From assembly GCA_002269645.1 (NCBI GenBank), contig NIVC01002479.1:1-64000 (forward strand): a DNA stretch of 64,000 nt, read 5' to 3'. Shown in pieces: positions 42,101 to 54,034 of this stretch; positions within the stretch are counted from its first letter, which is position 1; every line of letters begins with the position of its first letter. The DNA is from Macrostomum lignano (Eukaryota). Below the pieces are notes generated by a model. The model did no database searches, was not told where the DNA came from, and was given only the letters and a program-made list of their open reading frames with translations. The translations under genes and the position numbers were made by a program.

Positions 42101-42747
42101 AGAATGCGAGAAATGGTCTCATTATAAGTTTTTTGCCAACGTAAAGCAGTTGGAGTTCATTTAAGGACAGAGATCGAGGGTCCCTTAAGGACAGAACAGA
42201 GATCAAAGGTCATTTAAGGACAGCACAGAGATCGAAGGTCATTTGAGGACATGACAGAGAGATCGAAGGTCGCTTAAGGACAGGACCGTGAACGAAGGAA
42301 TTTTACAAGCACTTTACTCAGGAGAATAATTAGTTGGATTCATGAAGATCTGTCTGATGTTCACTTTGGACAGTTTCCAACATGCCCAAGGGTGTCATCA
42401 AATACATAGGAAGCGTACTTTCCTTTGCACAAAAAGAGCCCCGCGTCCGTATTTGGGAAACCGGCGCACGCTTCCCCTCACCGTGCAGATTGGCCACGTG
42501 CGAGTGCTGCGGCGGGCCGAAGTTCGGGCCCGGACTGCGGCTGATCCGGCCGGCCAAGAAGCTGTTCGGCGTGCGCTACCTGCCGCTGTTGTTTACGGCC
42601 TGCTCGCCACACTGCCGCAGCGTCTTCCTGCGCAGCGACAGCTCCGAGGGCCTCGCAGAACGGCTCTACAGGCCCGACACTCCGACGCCGGTGCCAACGC
42701 CAACACCGCCGGACGGTAACATCGAAGAGGTCAACGAGAACGAGTAG
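33158..42747 (+). CDS. LRRC63: LRRC63-like leucine-rich repeat protein, ~749 aa; join(33158..33767,34528..34762,35990..36081,36920..37285,37953..38119,38674..38825,39467..39550,39788..39932,41941..42080,42489..42747)
   Basis: All nine GT-AG introns are phase-consistent (sum 2250 nt). Motifs: N-terminal LLRRP, VLDCMLTGGIALSLKANFISALPD..YVNLSYNDFK, LKLRSNPL, LDLSYNKI, LNVEGNEL, NNFLHPFLWAENSLSQPQ.LQDLAA, and C-terminal CECCGGPKFGPG..IRP..FGVRYLPLLFTACSPHC. The C-terminal exons are firmer than the N-terminal ones. Confidence 0.88.
34800..35790. repeat. 19-20-bp minisatellite (CAGGGGAAATTCCAGTCTGA), LRRC63 intron 2
   Basis: Direct reading; degenerates toward the right. Confidence 0.95.
37335..37545. 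repeat. degenerate ATGACC-based repeat, LRRC63 intron 4
   Basis: ATGACC/ATGGCC cores recur at short irregular spacing. Confidence 0.7.
38245..38552. repeat. 31-bp minisatellite (CATCCGTGATCATGTGTTGGCACATGTATAG) x~10, LRRC63 intron 5
   Basis: CATCCG recurs at 38298, 38329 and onward. Confidence 0.93.
38989..39372. mobile_element. hAT (Charlie/Buster-type) MITE with an internal GA-rich tract (~39055-39285), LRRC63 intron 6
   Basis: Termini CAGGGGTTGGCAAACT / AGTTGGCCGACCCCTG are typical hAT CAGGGG ends. The left flank CCCTACAC fits the nnnTAnnn target; the right flank is only partly similar. Confidence 0.6.
40095..41910. repeat. 19/21-bp minisatellite (GTCTGTAGATGAGTCGCCACA) with a 61-bp trimeric higher-order unit in its right half, LRRC63 intron 8
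   Basis: Direct reading; 61-bp period visible at ~40960-41880. Confidence 0.95.
42160..42285. repeat. short ~29-30-bp tandem (AAGGTCATTTAAGGACAGCACAGAGATCG) x~4, LRRC63 intron 9
   Basis: Imperfect recurrence read directly. Confidence 0.7.
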
Positions 42748-42899
42748 CAGAAAAGCTAGCTGATAGAGATTCACTACACTCATACTGAAGTACCATGTAT
42801 ATCCCCTCCCTCGTATTAAAGCTTTGTCGAAGTTTAATTCACTGATTCAGGGACACTTCTGTGAATACTTTCACTGACGAATCTTTCAAGGAGCAGGAT

Positions 42900-44105
42900 G
42901 CCACTTTCTCGGGGGTTTAAGAGGTCCCTTTCTGGAGGGTTTAGAGGCCACTTTCTGGAGGGTTTAGAGGTCCCTTTCTTGAGGGTTTAGAGGCCACTTT
43001 CTGGAGGGTTTAGAGGTCCCTTTCTTGAGGGTTTAGAGGCCACTTTCTGGAGGGTTTAGAGGTCCCTTTCTTGAGGGTTTAAGAGGCCACTTTCTGGAGG
43101 GTTTAGAGGTCCCTTTCTTGAGGGTTTAGAGGCCACTTTCTGGAGGGTTTAGAGGCCACTTTCTGGAGGGTTTAGAGGCCACTTTCTGGAGGGTTTAGAG
43201 GTCCCTTTCTTGAGGGTTTAGAGGCCACTTTCTTGAGGGTTTAGAGGTCCCTTTCTTGAGGGTTTAGAGGCCACTTTCTGGAGGGTTTAGAGATCCCTTT
43301 CTTGAGGGTTTAGAGGCCACTTTCTTGAGGGTTTAGAGGTCCCTTTCTTGAGGGTTTAAGAGGCCACTTTCTGGAGGGTTTAGAGGTCCCTTTCTTGAGG
43401 GTTTAGAGGCCACTTTCTGGAGGGTTTAGAGGCCACTTTCTGGAGGGTTTAGAGGCCACTTTCTGGAGGGTTTAGAGGTCCCTTTCTTGAGGGTTTAGAG
43501 GCCACTTTCTTGAGGGTTTAGAGGTCCCTTTCTTGAGGGTTTAGAGGCCACTTTCTGGAGGGTTTAGAGATCCCTTTCTTGAGGGTTTAGAGGCCACTTT
43601 CTGGAGGGTTTAGAGATCCCTTTCTTGAGGGTTTAGAGGCCACTTTCTGGAGGGTTTAGAGATCCCTTTCTTGAGGGTTTAGAGGCCACTTTCTGGAGGG
43701 TTTAGAGGCCACTTTCTGGAGGGTTTAGAGGTCCCTTTCTTGAGGGTTTAGAGGCCACTTTCTGGAGGGTTTAGAGGTCCCTTTCTTGAGGGTTTAGAGG
43801 CCACTTTCTGGAGGGTTTAGAGGTCCCTTTCTTGGGGGGTTTTGAGGCCACTTTCTGGAGGGTTTAGAGGCCACTTTCTGGAGGGTTTAGAGGTCCCTTT
43901 CTTGAGGGTTTAGAGGCCACTTTCTGGAGGGTTTAGAGGTCCCTTTCTTGAGGGTTTAGAGGCCACTTTCTGGAGGGTTTAGAGGTCCCTTTCTTGGGGG
44001 GTTTTGAGGCCACTTTCTGGAGGGTTTAGAGGTCCCTTTCTTGAGGGTTTAGAGGCTACTTTCTTGAGGGTTAGAGGCGACTTTCCGGAGGGTTTAGAGG
44101 CAGAA
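42900..44105. repeat. 23-bp minisatellite (GAGGGTTTAGAGGCCACTTTCTG alternating with ...GTCCCTTTCTT), ~52 copies
   Basis: Direct reading; frequent A/B dimer alternation. Confidence 0.96.
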
Positions 44106-44651
44106 GTGACTTTTTAGAGGGTTTGAAAGGCAAACTCGAGGAGTGGTTTTAGTGGATAATTATTCACGTATTATCACTGATGAAAAACACACGCTCGTAT
44201 CATGGTTCACACTTTAGGAATTCAGTGAATTTACCATTTTTGCTGTTTTGACTGATGATTGCGCATTATAATGTTCATTTGATATCAAGATTTGTGCCAG
44301 TAAATACTGAAATACTGTACATTGAAACTAAGGCACTCAAACGATAATTAGGATTTTGCTTATTTTTCAATAACTACAATAACATACTATTGTCAAATAA
44401 TACCGCAGAACAATGTGACAAAGATTTGGACCATTGTGTCATTAAAAACTAGTTGTCCGACTCAATCAGTCCTTTATTTATTCACTCATACAGTCAGGTC
44501 ATTGAGTTACTCAGTCAGTCATTCTCAAATCAGTCCCAGATCAATGCAAAGAAAAATAAAAGTAAGAAGTGCAAAATATCAGTGCAATATAATTTTTTAT
44601 TCCATTCAAAGCCTACAGCCGTCAGTCTTTGACCGAACAAATCAATCAGCA

Positions 44652-44657
44652 TTTATT
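44652..44657 (-). terminator. AATAAA polyadenylation signal of RPL15
   Basis: Canonical hexamer ~145 nt downstream of the stop on the minus strand. Confidence 0.55.
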
Positions 44658-44801
44658 TGCAAGCTACACTGTCGGCAGCAACAGACAGATATCTAAACGA
44701 AAGCCTTCTATTGCGAGGCTAAGTCAAACTGGACACGCAATCTGCAATCGTCAGTCAATATCCAGCTAAAGCCATCGAACCTCGGGAGACGGCAAATCTC
44801 T

Positions 44802-46471
44802 TTAGCGCTTCCTGCGCATCCTCAGGAAGTTGTTCTTGCGCCAGAAGGCGTGCCGACTACCGCCGATGGTCTGGTGGAACCGGTGGCCCTTGCCCAGGCC
44901 GCGGCTCTTCTTAGACGAGCTGGTCAGGCCGCGCATCTCCCTGTGCTTGTGCTTGGCGGTGCAGATCCAGTTGATGCGGGGGTCGCGCCTGATGGCCTTG
45001 TGGTTGGGGTCGACTAGGATCACCTCGTAGAACTTGTACGTGGAGTCCTGCGCAATCCAGTAGGAGCCCAGCACGCGGAGGGCGCCGATTTTGCGGCCGA
45101 TTCGCTCCTGGTTATAAGGGGGAATTCGAATGCAGTGGCAGGGATATTTACTGTCAGTTGTTTCTATGTCAGCATTTAGCTCGTAATACTCTTAGTTCAA
45201 TCTGATGATCTGGAAAAAAACTAAAATGGTTTTGGTGGATCTGGGTTGAGGACACATTGAAATAACGGAAATTGATCGAATTTAGGAGGCTGGCCCAGCA
45301 ACTGAGGATCTGAGAGGCTGGCCCAGCAACTGAGGATCTGGGAGGTTAGCCCAGCAACTGAGGATCTGGGAGGCTGGCCAAGCAACTGAGGATCTGGGAG
45401 GCTGGTCCAGAAACTGAGGATCTGGGAGGCTGGCCCAGCAACTGAGGATCTGGGAAGCTGGCCCAGCAACTGAGGATTGGGAGAGTGGCCCAGTAACTGA
45501 GGATCTGGGAGGTTGGCCCAGCAACTGAGGATCTGAGAGGTTGGCCCAGCAACTGAGGATCTGCGAGGCTGGCCCAGCAACTGAGGATCTGGGAGGTTAG
45601 CCCAGCAACTGAGGATCTGGGAGGTTGGCCCAGCAACTGAGGATCTAGGAGGCTGGTACAGCAACTGAGGATCTGGGAGGTTGGCTCAGCAACTGAGGAT
45701 CTGGGAGGTTGGCCCAGCAACTGAGGATCTGGGAGAGTGGCTCAGGAACTGAGGATCTGGGAGGTTGGCCCAGCAACTGAGGATCTGGGAGGTTGGCCCA
45801 GCAACTGAGGATCTGGGAGAGTGGCTCAGGAACTGAGGATCTGGGAGGTTGGCCCAGCAACTGAGGATCTGGGACGTTGGCCCAGCAACTGAGGATCTGG
45901 GAGAGTGGCTCAGGAACTGAGGATCTGGGAGGTTGGCTCAGCAACTGAGGATCTGGGAGGTTGGCCCAGCAACTGAGGATCTGGGAGAGTGGCTCAGGAA
46001 CTGAGGATCTGGGAGGTTGGCCCAGCAACTGAGGATCTGAGAGGGCGACGGCCCGCCGTGCACGTCAGAATTCTAGGCTAAAATTCCAAAGCAAAAAGCA
46101 TGAAAAGCAGTAAGTTTGTTACAGGAATGGTGCATTAAATAATAAAATAGACAGGCTCAAACCTCGGCGATAGCCTGATGACTGCGCTGGTTCTTCAACT
46201 GGTTGACGCCCTCGTGCACCGGCTTGCCGTAGGTGGCACCCTTGGGCACCGGGCGCTTGCGACCGCCGCGGCGGATGCGGATCCGGTAGATGACGAAGCC
46301 CTGCTTGGCTTTGTAGCCGAGGCGGCGGGCCCTATCCGGCCGGGTGGGCTTGGTGGCCCGGTGGATCACGTGCCTCTGGCGCAGGTGCCAGCAGCGCAGG
46401 CGAAGGATGAAGCGCATCACATCGGATTGCTTCTTGCGGTACAGCTCCGAGATGAACTTGTAGGCGCCCAT
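44802..46471 (-). CDS. RPL15: 60S ribosomal protein L15 (eL15), 204 aa; complement(join(44802..45107,46163..46471))
   Basis: [50 protein letters not shown]..|[44 protein letters not shown]. One phase-0 GT-AG intron; length 103+101=204 aa. Confidence 0.98.
45290..46045. repeat. 28-bp minisatellite (CAGCAACTGAGGATCTGGGAGGTTGGCC) x~27 in the RPL15 intron
   Basis: CTGAGG recurs at 45721, 45749 and 45777. Confidence 0.96.
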
Positions 46472-46845
46472 GACGGCATGCGATATCCATATAATTTTAT
46501 ACTGCTATCCACTAATAAATTTACTAAATTTAGTTATAAAAGTTCTTTTTAATTCTATTTAGAAATGGAAATACGACTTATGTAACTTTCATCAACTATA
46601 CAATACATCTATAAAACTGTTAACTTATAAATTGTCAGATTATATTCACTATTATAGACAGCAAAATTGTTTAAATAATTTAAAATTTTACCTACAGGGT
46701 ACAGTCTTCTTCACATTTGTTTTATTGAAGCATAAAATTCCAGAGCAATACCAAACATGTCCCTATTAAAATTTGAGCATTTCAAAACTGCTCATAATGT
46801 GCCATATAGTATTGTGTTATATAGTATTTGAACTACTTTTTTCTT

Positions 46846-48407
46846 GGGAGTACGAGATCTGCTAGCAGGAAATCTGCTAGCCGAAGTTTGCGAGCCGAAA
46901 TGTGCTAGCCGAAATGTGCTAGCCGAAATCTGCTAGCCGAAATGTGCTAGCCGAAATCTGCTAGCCAAAATCTGCTAGCCGAAGTTTGCTAGCCGAAATG
47001 TGCTAGCCGAAGTTTGCTAGCCGAAATGTGCTAGCCGAAATGTGCTAGCCAAAATCTGCTAGCCGAAATGTGCTAGCCGAAATCTGCTAGCCGAAGTTTG
47101 CTAGCCGAAATGTGCTAGCCGAAATGTGCTAGCCGAAGTTTGCTAGCCGAAATTTGCTAGCCGAAATCCGCTAGCCGAAATCCGCTAGCCGAAATCTGCT
47201 AGCCGAAATCTGCTAGCAGAAGTTTGCTAGCAGGAATTTTGCTAGCGAGGATTTTGCTAGCCGAAATCTGCTAGCAGGAATTTTGCTAGCTGCCTTGCTC
47301 TCGTAGATGTTGCATGTTATTTGCTGTGTTTTGATTCCGATTTGAGCTGCTTTGATTCGTACAAGTAAATATATAACTTATATACCATATACTGCCATAT
47401 ACTTATATACTGCCACTACCAGCCATTAAGACTGAAAGTTGTGTATATAGATAAGTTTAAATTTAACTACCTGAACTACAGCTGCCTGAGCTACCTGAAC
47501 TATGGCCTTACAGCTGATAATGCTAAAACATTATCAAATGTCAAATATCAAAGTGCAAACGATTTTTTGCAACCCATGTCAAAAGATTGACTTATTTCCA
47601 GGCAATGGTATTGCATGGTTTTGGCTAAAAATAGTCAAGAGAAGTGGTTAAAAATCCCAAATCTTTCTATAACTAAAAACCATATCTGATAAATAATTGC
47701 TGTAAAAAGCCAAAATGTCTACATTTTATGATTGCATTGTTGGGCACACTTATAATTTTTTTTTTAGCCCACGATCGGCCTCTTTCTAAACACTTAAAAA
47801 AAGAAAATTGGTAATTTATCTTGACCAAAGTAGCCACATTTTGAAAGGTATTAAGAAGAATAGAATTAACAAGCACATTTTGTATATAAATTATATTCAG
47901 ATTCTTGTCATATGAGTGCTAACTACAAAGAAATTTCTGATTTAGTAATTTTTAATTGCATTATATTACGATACAACAATGCAGGCTGCAATTATTATAC
48001 CAGTATATTGCAATTAGCAGATCACTGCTAATAAGCACGACAAAGAGAGTCATTAGAGTGAAAAACACAAATTTATTTGTCCTGCATGATAAGTCCTGCA
48101 AAGTTTCTTGCGAAATTGGACAAGAAAAAATGTCTTTAGCAAATTACAAATTTGTAAATTGCTGTTTGCCGGTTTTGGTTAGATTATCGCTAGCAGATTT
48201 TGGCTAGCAAAATTCCTGCTAGCAAACTTTGGCTAGCAGATTTTGGCTAGTAGATTTTGGCTAGCAGATTTCGGCTAGCAGATTTCGGCTAGCAGATTTC
48301 AGCTAGCAGATTTTGGCTAGCAAACTTTGGCTAGCAGATTTTGGCTAGCACATTTTGGCTAGCAAACTTTGGCTAGCAGATTTCCTGCTAGCAAATTTCA
48401 TAGACCC
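46846..48407. mobile_element. non-autonomous Mutator/Foldback-like element, 1,562 bp; arms built of 14-bp GCTAGCCGAAATCT repeats
   Basis: Left arm ~46846-47290 and right arm ~48185-48407 are reverse complements, with termini GGG...CCC. Exact 9-bp TSD TTTTTTCTT at 46837-46845 and 48408-48416. The spacer is AT-rich and non-coding. Confidence 0.88.
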
Positions 48408-51400
48408 TTTTTTCTTACATTTCTTAATATGAATGGCCATACTCAAACAAAAATTTGACAATTGTTAGACAAAGAGGTAAACAAAATTGTGGTAAATTTG
48501 TGCTAAATTAAAATTTGAGGCATTTGAAACTTTTCTCTTTACCTTTCTCATTGGTCACCTGTCCTCTTTTCCTTTTCCTCTCTATTCTCTTCCCTTTTAT
48601 TTTTTCTCTTTTTTCTCCTATTTTGTAGGAAAATGGCTAGAATTTCTTATTAAATTATCCTAGTTGCTTATAGTCTTTTCATGGGGTCACAGAGGCCATT
48701 AAAATGTCAAAACACTATAGTTTCTATCCAGGTTGAATCACAGAATTGAGAACTTGAGACTTTATAAGACAAAGAATAAGTCAATAAAGAATTGTGTCAT
48801 GTTTGAAAATTGATTGCTTTGATTGGAGCAAACTTATAATAGCCAAAAGTCAGTCAATTTTAAAAACCTTTTTACACATTTGGCTAGATAACAAAGGGAA
48901 AGAGGGAAGTAGAGGTTAGGTTTTGTCTTGATGATAAAAAGCAAACTAGCTTTAAAAGTGCAAAGCAGCCATTTAGGATTTCAAAAATAACTTTGAGACT
49001 TACAGTTGAACTATAGAATTGTATCAAAATACAAGTAGTTAAAGATTGTTTGTGTCAAATTAAAAGAGGATTGGTAAAAGTAGAACAATGTTATAAAGAA
49101 GTAGGTGAAAAATCATATTTTTAGCAGTTTTTGCACTTTAGGATAGGCCTAAAAAAATTGAATTTAGGACATTTTAAAGTAGCCTTTTCTATAGTAAGTT
49201 TAGAGTAGGTGCCAAATTTGATATAATTTGGTAATTAGGTAGTTTATAAGAGCCCATTATAGCAATGTAATTTATATATATACATATTTATAGACAGTTC
49301 TCATTTCATAGGTATAGATAGGGACTTGAATAAAGTCCCATGATTTGCCAATATACGAGTATTATATATAAGCAAAAGGCAAATTTAAATAATACAAATG
49401 AATAAAATTGCACATAGAAATTAGACAAAATGAAATTTTTGAACCAATTTGATTTGATTCAAATATCTAACAAAACTGATTTGAAGACAAAATACCAAAT
49501 TATATTGAATACAAATATTTTAGTATCTTTAAACTCAAACTTTTCAATCCTCTAGGCCTATTCCTCCTAAAGCCTCAAATCTTAACACATTGTGCTTAGT
49601 CGTTTCATCCATAAACCATTGGCATTCTTTCATTTTACAATCACCTAGCACTGTCCCTATGGGAGTTGGGACTTTTGTTATACAATCCCCCCACAGAGGA
49701 TGGAAAATTGCTTGTAAAATTGAACTTCAAAATGGGACCACTTTCTAAGCATATCATTTTAACATAAAATCTTGTGTCTTATAGAAGTTAGAAGCCTATC
49801 CTTATATTTACTTTTGTTATATGTTCATTTAAATGGAATTTATAAGCAGATGATTGCAAGACAAACCAAAAGAGCTTGTAGGTTTAGAATTATGATCACA
49901 CCAATGTTAAAATTGTATTGGAGGGATTGTATGACGAAAAATGGTAGGAAATGGTTGCTATAATGGACATTTCAAGTAAACAATCAATTTCATAAAAAAG
50001 TACAAGGGTATTTTTTGTTTTTTAGAGTTTTTTGCTAAATAAACTATATTGCACCCTTTTTGGGCATGCCTCTTACTTTCATCTTATAATCCCCCCAGTT
50101 CATTGGACCTATGTATTATACCAAGGGGTGATTGTATGACAAAAGTGAGGGGGGCACCGGCACATGCAAATTTTATAGATTGTTGATGGAGATATATCAG
50201 TTCACTTTGAATGTGATAAGATCAAGATGTTTCACTTCTGCCATACAATCCTCCAATACAATTCTACTAATGTGGTAATTGTAATTCGAAACCTACAAGC
50301 TCTTTCGGTTTTGTCATGTGATTATCTATATAATATTTTACCATTTAAATGATTGTATAATGAAAGTGAATATAAGCTATGTCCTTTCATAACCATGCTA
50401 TGCCCATAATCCTAAGTTGACTAAAAACTTAAAAGTGAGTTGTAGTGATTTTTTCTTGGAAAATAAATGTGAAACATACTTTTTGATAAACTTTTTGACT
50501 CTTTTAATGGGGATTGTAAGATGAAACTTGACCTGCTCAGGGATTATAAAACAAAAGAATGGCAAACAATTTTGGCCATGGACATTTTGCCCCTACATCA
50601 TTTTGCGCACAGACCATTTTGTCCATAGACCATTTCTAAACTTTATGGTTTTAAACTCTATGCTTTGATTTTCAATTTTGGTAACAAATCTTATTCTTGT
50701 AGTATTTCTAACTTTACTTTACTATAACCAAAACCCTTTCTCATCCTCAGCTGTTCAAATTGGCTTTAATTGTCACACTTTTGAAAGGAATGACTTAAAA
50801 AACTTATAATAGTTCACAATCATAATACACAAAATTGCAATAACACAATTATGTAGCAACAATTCAGATCATAGTTTTTTACACATTCAAATTAAAAATT
50901 AGCATTGAAAATAAAAAGAAAGATAAATACATGGCTATATCTCTAAATTATATAATCCCATTCCGGCCAAAATGCATATAGCCAAACTGGTTTATGGGCA
51001 AAATGGACTATGGGTAGGGGTCCAGTGAAATTTTTTTTTCAAAATTCAAATTTTTAATTATGCCATGTTGTAACCCTGGATGTTATGAGTGAAATAACAC
51101 TAGTTTTTTGAAAATTGATAATGTAATAAAAAAGTTATGAAGTTTTTTGTTTCAAAAATAGTGTTTTTTCTTTTTCAAATACACTAAAACTGTGCCATTT
51201 TTAGGAAAAAAGCATGTTTTTGCAGTAAAATGTTCTAACTCTTTTATTTTATAACCAATTTTAATGTTTCAGGTGTTATTTTGTAATTTTATAGATTTTT
51301 GTTACCATAATTTTTTGATATTTTTTGTACATATAGACTATTTTTCTATATCTCCAAATATATGGGGATTAGGAAAAAAGGTAATGAAAAATTTTTTGAA

Positions 51401-52040
51401 GTACTATTCTTTGCTTTGTCATTGTATACTTTTCCATTTACCTTATTTTTTATTACTTTCATGTCAAAATAATACTTGTATATTATAGTTAGTAACATTT
51501 TTGACTTCCTACTATAAGTAGTATGCAAATTGTTGACCATTATTTTTATTTTCATAAAAATGGGTCATTTAAAGTACCACTCTGGATGTTTATGGTGTCT
51601 AAAAATTGCTGTAGCTCTTATCAGTCTTAATCTTCTATCTTTATGCTAGAGTCATTCAAAAGCTTTTTTTGTAGTGTATTTGACAACTATAATGAATTAA
51701 TACTTTACTAATAGGTGAAATGGTCTATGCCTAGGGGCAAAATGTCCAGGGACCATGGCCAAAATAGTTTAGGGACGAAACAACCAGAATTCAATATTAT
51801 AATAGACATAGTAGCCTAGCCATATCTATAAATTTAGGCCTAATCACCATTAGAGACATAGCTGCTATTTTTATAAGCTTTTGGATTATAGGCCTAGACA
51901 TGACAGCCATGTCTCCAAGTAGGCCTATAGTGAAAAAATATGCAATTGATTTGATATGCAATTATTATCAAAAATTTTTGATTGGGTAGGCCTTACTTTG
52001 ATCTCTTTGACTTTATTAAAACTCACTAGGCCTAAGCATT

Positions 52041-52539
52041 GAGGTGCTGTCAAAATGGCCACACAACACAATGGCCACACGACAAAATGGCCACACGATG
52101 TAATAATTTGTAATAATAAGAGATAAGAGAAGTGGAGGGTTGAATGTACATTTAAGTAGAAAGATTAAGAATAGGCCTAAGAAAGATTTTAACTTTTTTA
52201 CATAACTATTTTAGCATCTTTTAAAAATTTGCATAACTGGTAACTGCTGGTTGCTCCATAAAATACAATTTTGTCTTTGCTTTTGGATCCTTTTTGGCCT
52301 ACATAAATTTTACAATATCTCAATGCATTCACTTCTTTTGCATTTGATGCTAATGCAAGTACCAAAGCTAAAAATAATTAACATAACAAAGCTTCCTTAA
52401 CATAACAAATAGAACAAAGTCAATCTGCAACCCTTTTGTTTTATGTGGCCATTTTGTCGTATGGCTGTTTTGACGGTGTGGCTGTTTTGTCGTGTGGTTG
52501 TTCCGCGTGTCACGCGTGTGGCCATTTTGACGGGCATCC
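52041..52539. mobile_element. Mutator-like MITE, 499 bp, with AAAATGGCCACAC subterminal repeats
   Basis: Imperfect TIRs (GAGGTGCTGTCAAAATGGCCACAC vs reverse complement GGATGCCCGTCAAAATGGCCACAC). Exact 9-bp TSD CTAAGCATT at 52032-52040 and 52540-52548. Confidence 0.85.
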
Positions 52540-53725
52540 CTAAGCATTAGGAAGGCAATGCAGAAAAAATCTGCCATAGGGCCTATGGCTAAATGCACCA
52601 TAGGAAAAAAAGCATTGAAGGCAAATCTTAGCAAGCAATTCTCAGTGGTTAAATTTCTATGACCATGGGCATTTGCTCATGGGAAAATTCACTACAGGAA
52701 AATCTTGGCAGGAAAAGCTTAGCAGAAAAAATTTAATAGGCAAATCTCCTGCAGGCAAATCTAGGCAGGCAATTTATCCACAAAAAACAGAGTATAACCT
52801 GCCATAGGCTAAGCTAACAATAACAGGTATGCCTAACAGTCCATGGCAATCTTTCAGTCCCCTGCTCTTGCTCTAAATTTTAAAAAACTTTTTTGCACAT
52901 TTCAGCCAATGAAAGGCCAACCAGCAGCGCACACAACCATTGTACCTCCCGTAGAGATTTAAAACAGCCTCGTCCAGTTCGTCCTGCTATGGGATCTGGC
53001 CGTCAAATAATTGATGGGGCATAGGAAATCTGGAGATTAGGGGCCTTTTTATATTGCTTGTTCTGGCTGGTTCCAGAACCAGAACCAATTTGTGAAGTAT
53101 AACTTTTTGTCTCCATAACTAGAGGGAGTAGGCCTAGGGAGATACATTCTGTAAAGTTTTTATTATTGAATGACAATCGCCAAGAAGAAAGTGAAAAATG
53201 TGCTAAGTGAGGTTGTTAAGGCAGTCAAAAATGAACAGAATTGATTAGTTATACTGCTGTTTTTCTTAGAAGATCCGAACCGATTCTGATTCTGGAATTG
53301 GTAATATGAAAAGCCTCTAGGAATACACGAATACCATCGAAAGTATGTGGGTTTATAAAGAAACTTATAAATAAACCAATTTCCCTTTTTTATTAGAGTC
53401 CGGCTCTGTAACTAATTGAAAATTAAGTTTGTGAATTAATATTTTAACATAACAACGAAACGTACACTCACTTATAGTAAGAGAAAAATGTGTTTTAAGG
53501 AAGACCCTGTGTTGTGTGTGTTTTACACTTTAAAGTTTGCAGCAACTATTAAAACAAATTCAGTAAAAGAGTAAATGATAAAGCTTTTAATTTACATGAA
53601 GTAATTGCTCTTATTATACCTTAATTTAGCATTAGTAATAGGTGTTTAAAAACCTAAAACGAATCATCTGTCAGTTCAAATTTTTTTTACTGGAAGCAGC
53701 ATGCGCGCGGACAATTACTGTTGTA

Positions 53726-54034
53726 TATATATATATATATAGACGCAAAAAGTTAGATAGCTTTTGCGCGCACGCGCTCGCAGAACAGTCGGGAGGGGCA
53801 GGCCATGGCGGACTGGGGATCAAGTCCGATAGCCTGCAAGTCAGCCAACAGAGTGGTAATTAGCGTCACAGTTCTTCCTTGGCCGCGGCGCAGCCGCTCG
53901 GTCGGTTGGTGCAGGAGGACCAGCGCAAGCGGGTTTCGCTCGCCGCGACCGTGGCTCCTCAGACAGTGGCCCAGCAGCATCTGGCGGCGCCGGCGCAGGG
54001 TGACGCTCAGGGCTGGGACGCCGGCGCGAACCAT
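53726..54034 (-). mobile_element. 5'-truncated non-LTR retrotransposon (RTE-like C-terminus) with (TA)n tail
   Basis: GC-rich island. The minus frame LRRRRQMLLGHCLRSHGRGERNPLALVLLHQPTERLRRGQGR..TLLADL resembles the post-RT C-terminus of RTE-type LINEs; stop at 53753-53755 then (TA)n. 13-bp TSD AATTACTGTTGTA at 53713-53725 and 54035-54047. Confidence 0.82.

Noticed and set aside
42900-44105. Interstitial telomere-like GGGTTTAG
   Set aside because: One such octamer per 23-bp monomer, not a tandem telomeric hexamer or heptamer. The (TTAG)n at 11836 is likewise not TTAGG or TTAGGG.
53168-53245. Peptide KNVLSEVVKAV resembling Buster/Charlie hAT transposase
   Set aside because: About 25 codons, too short to support a call.
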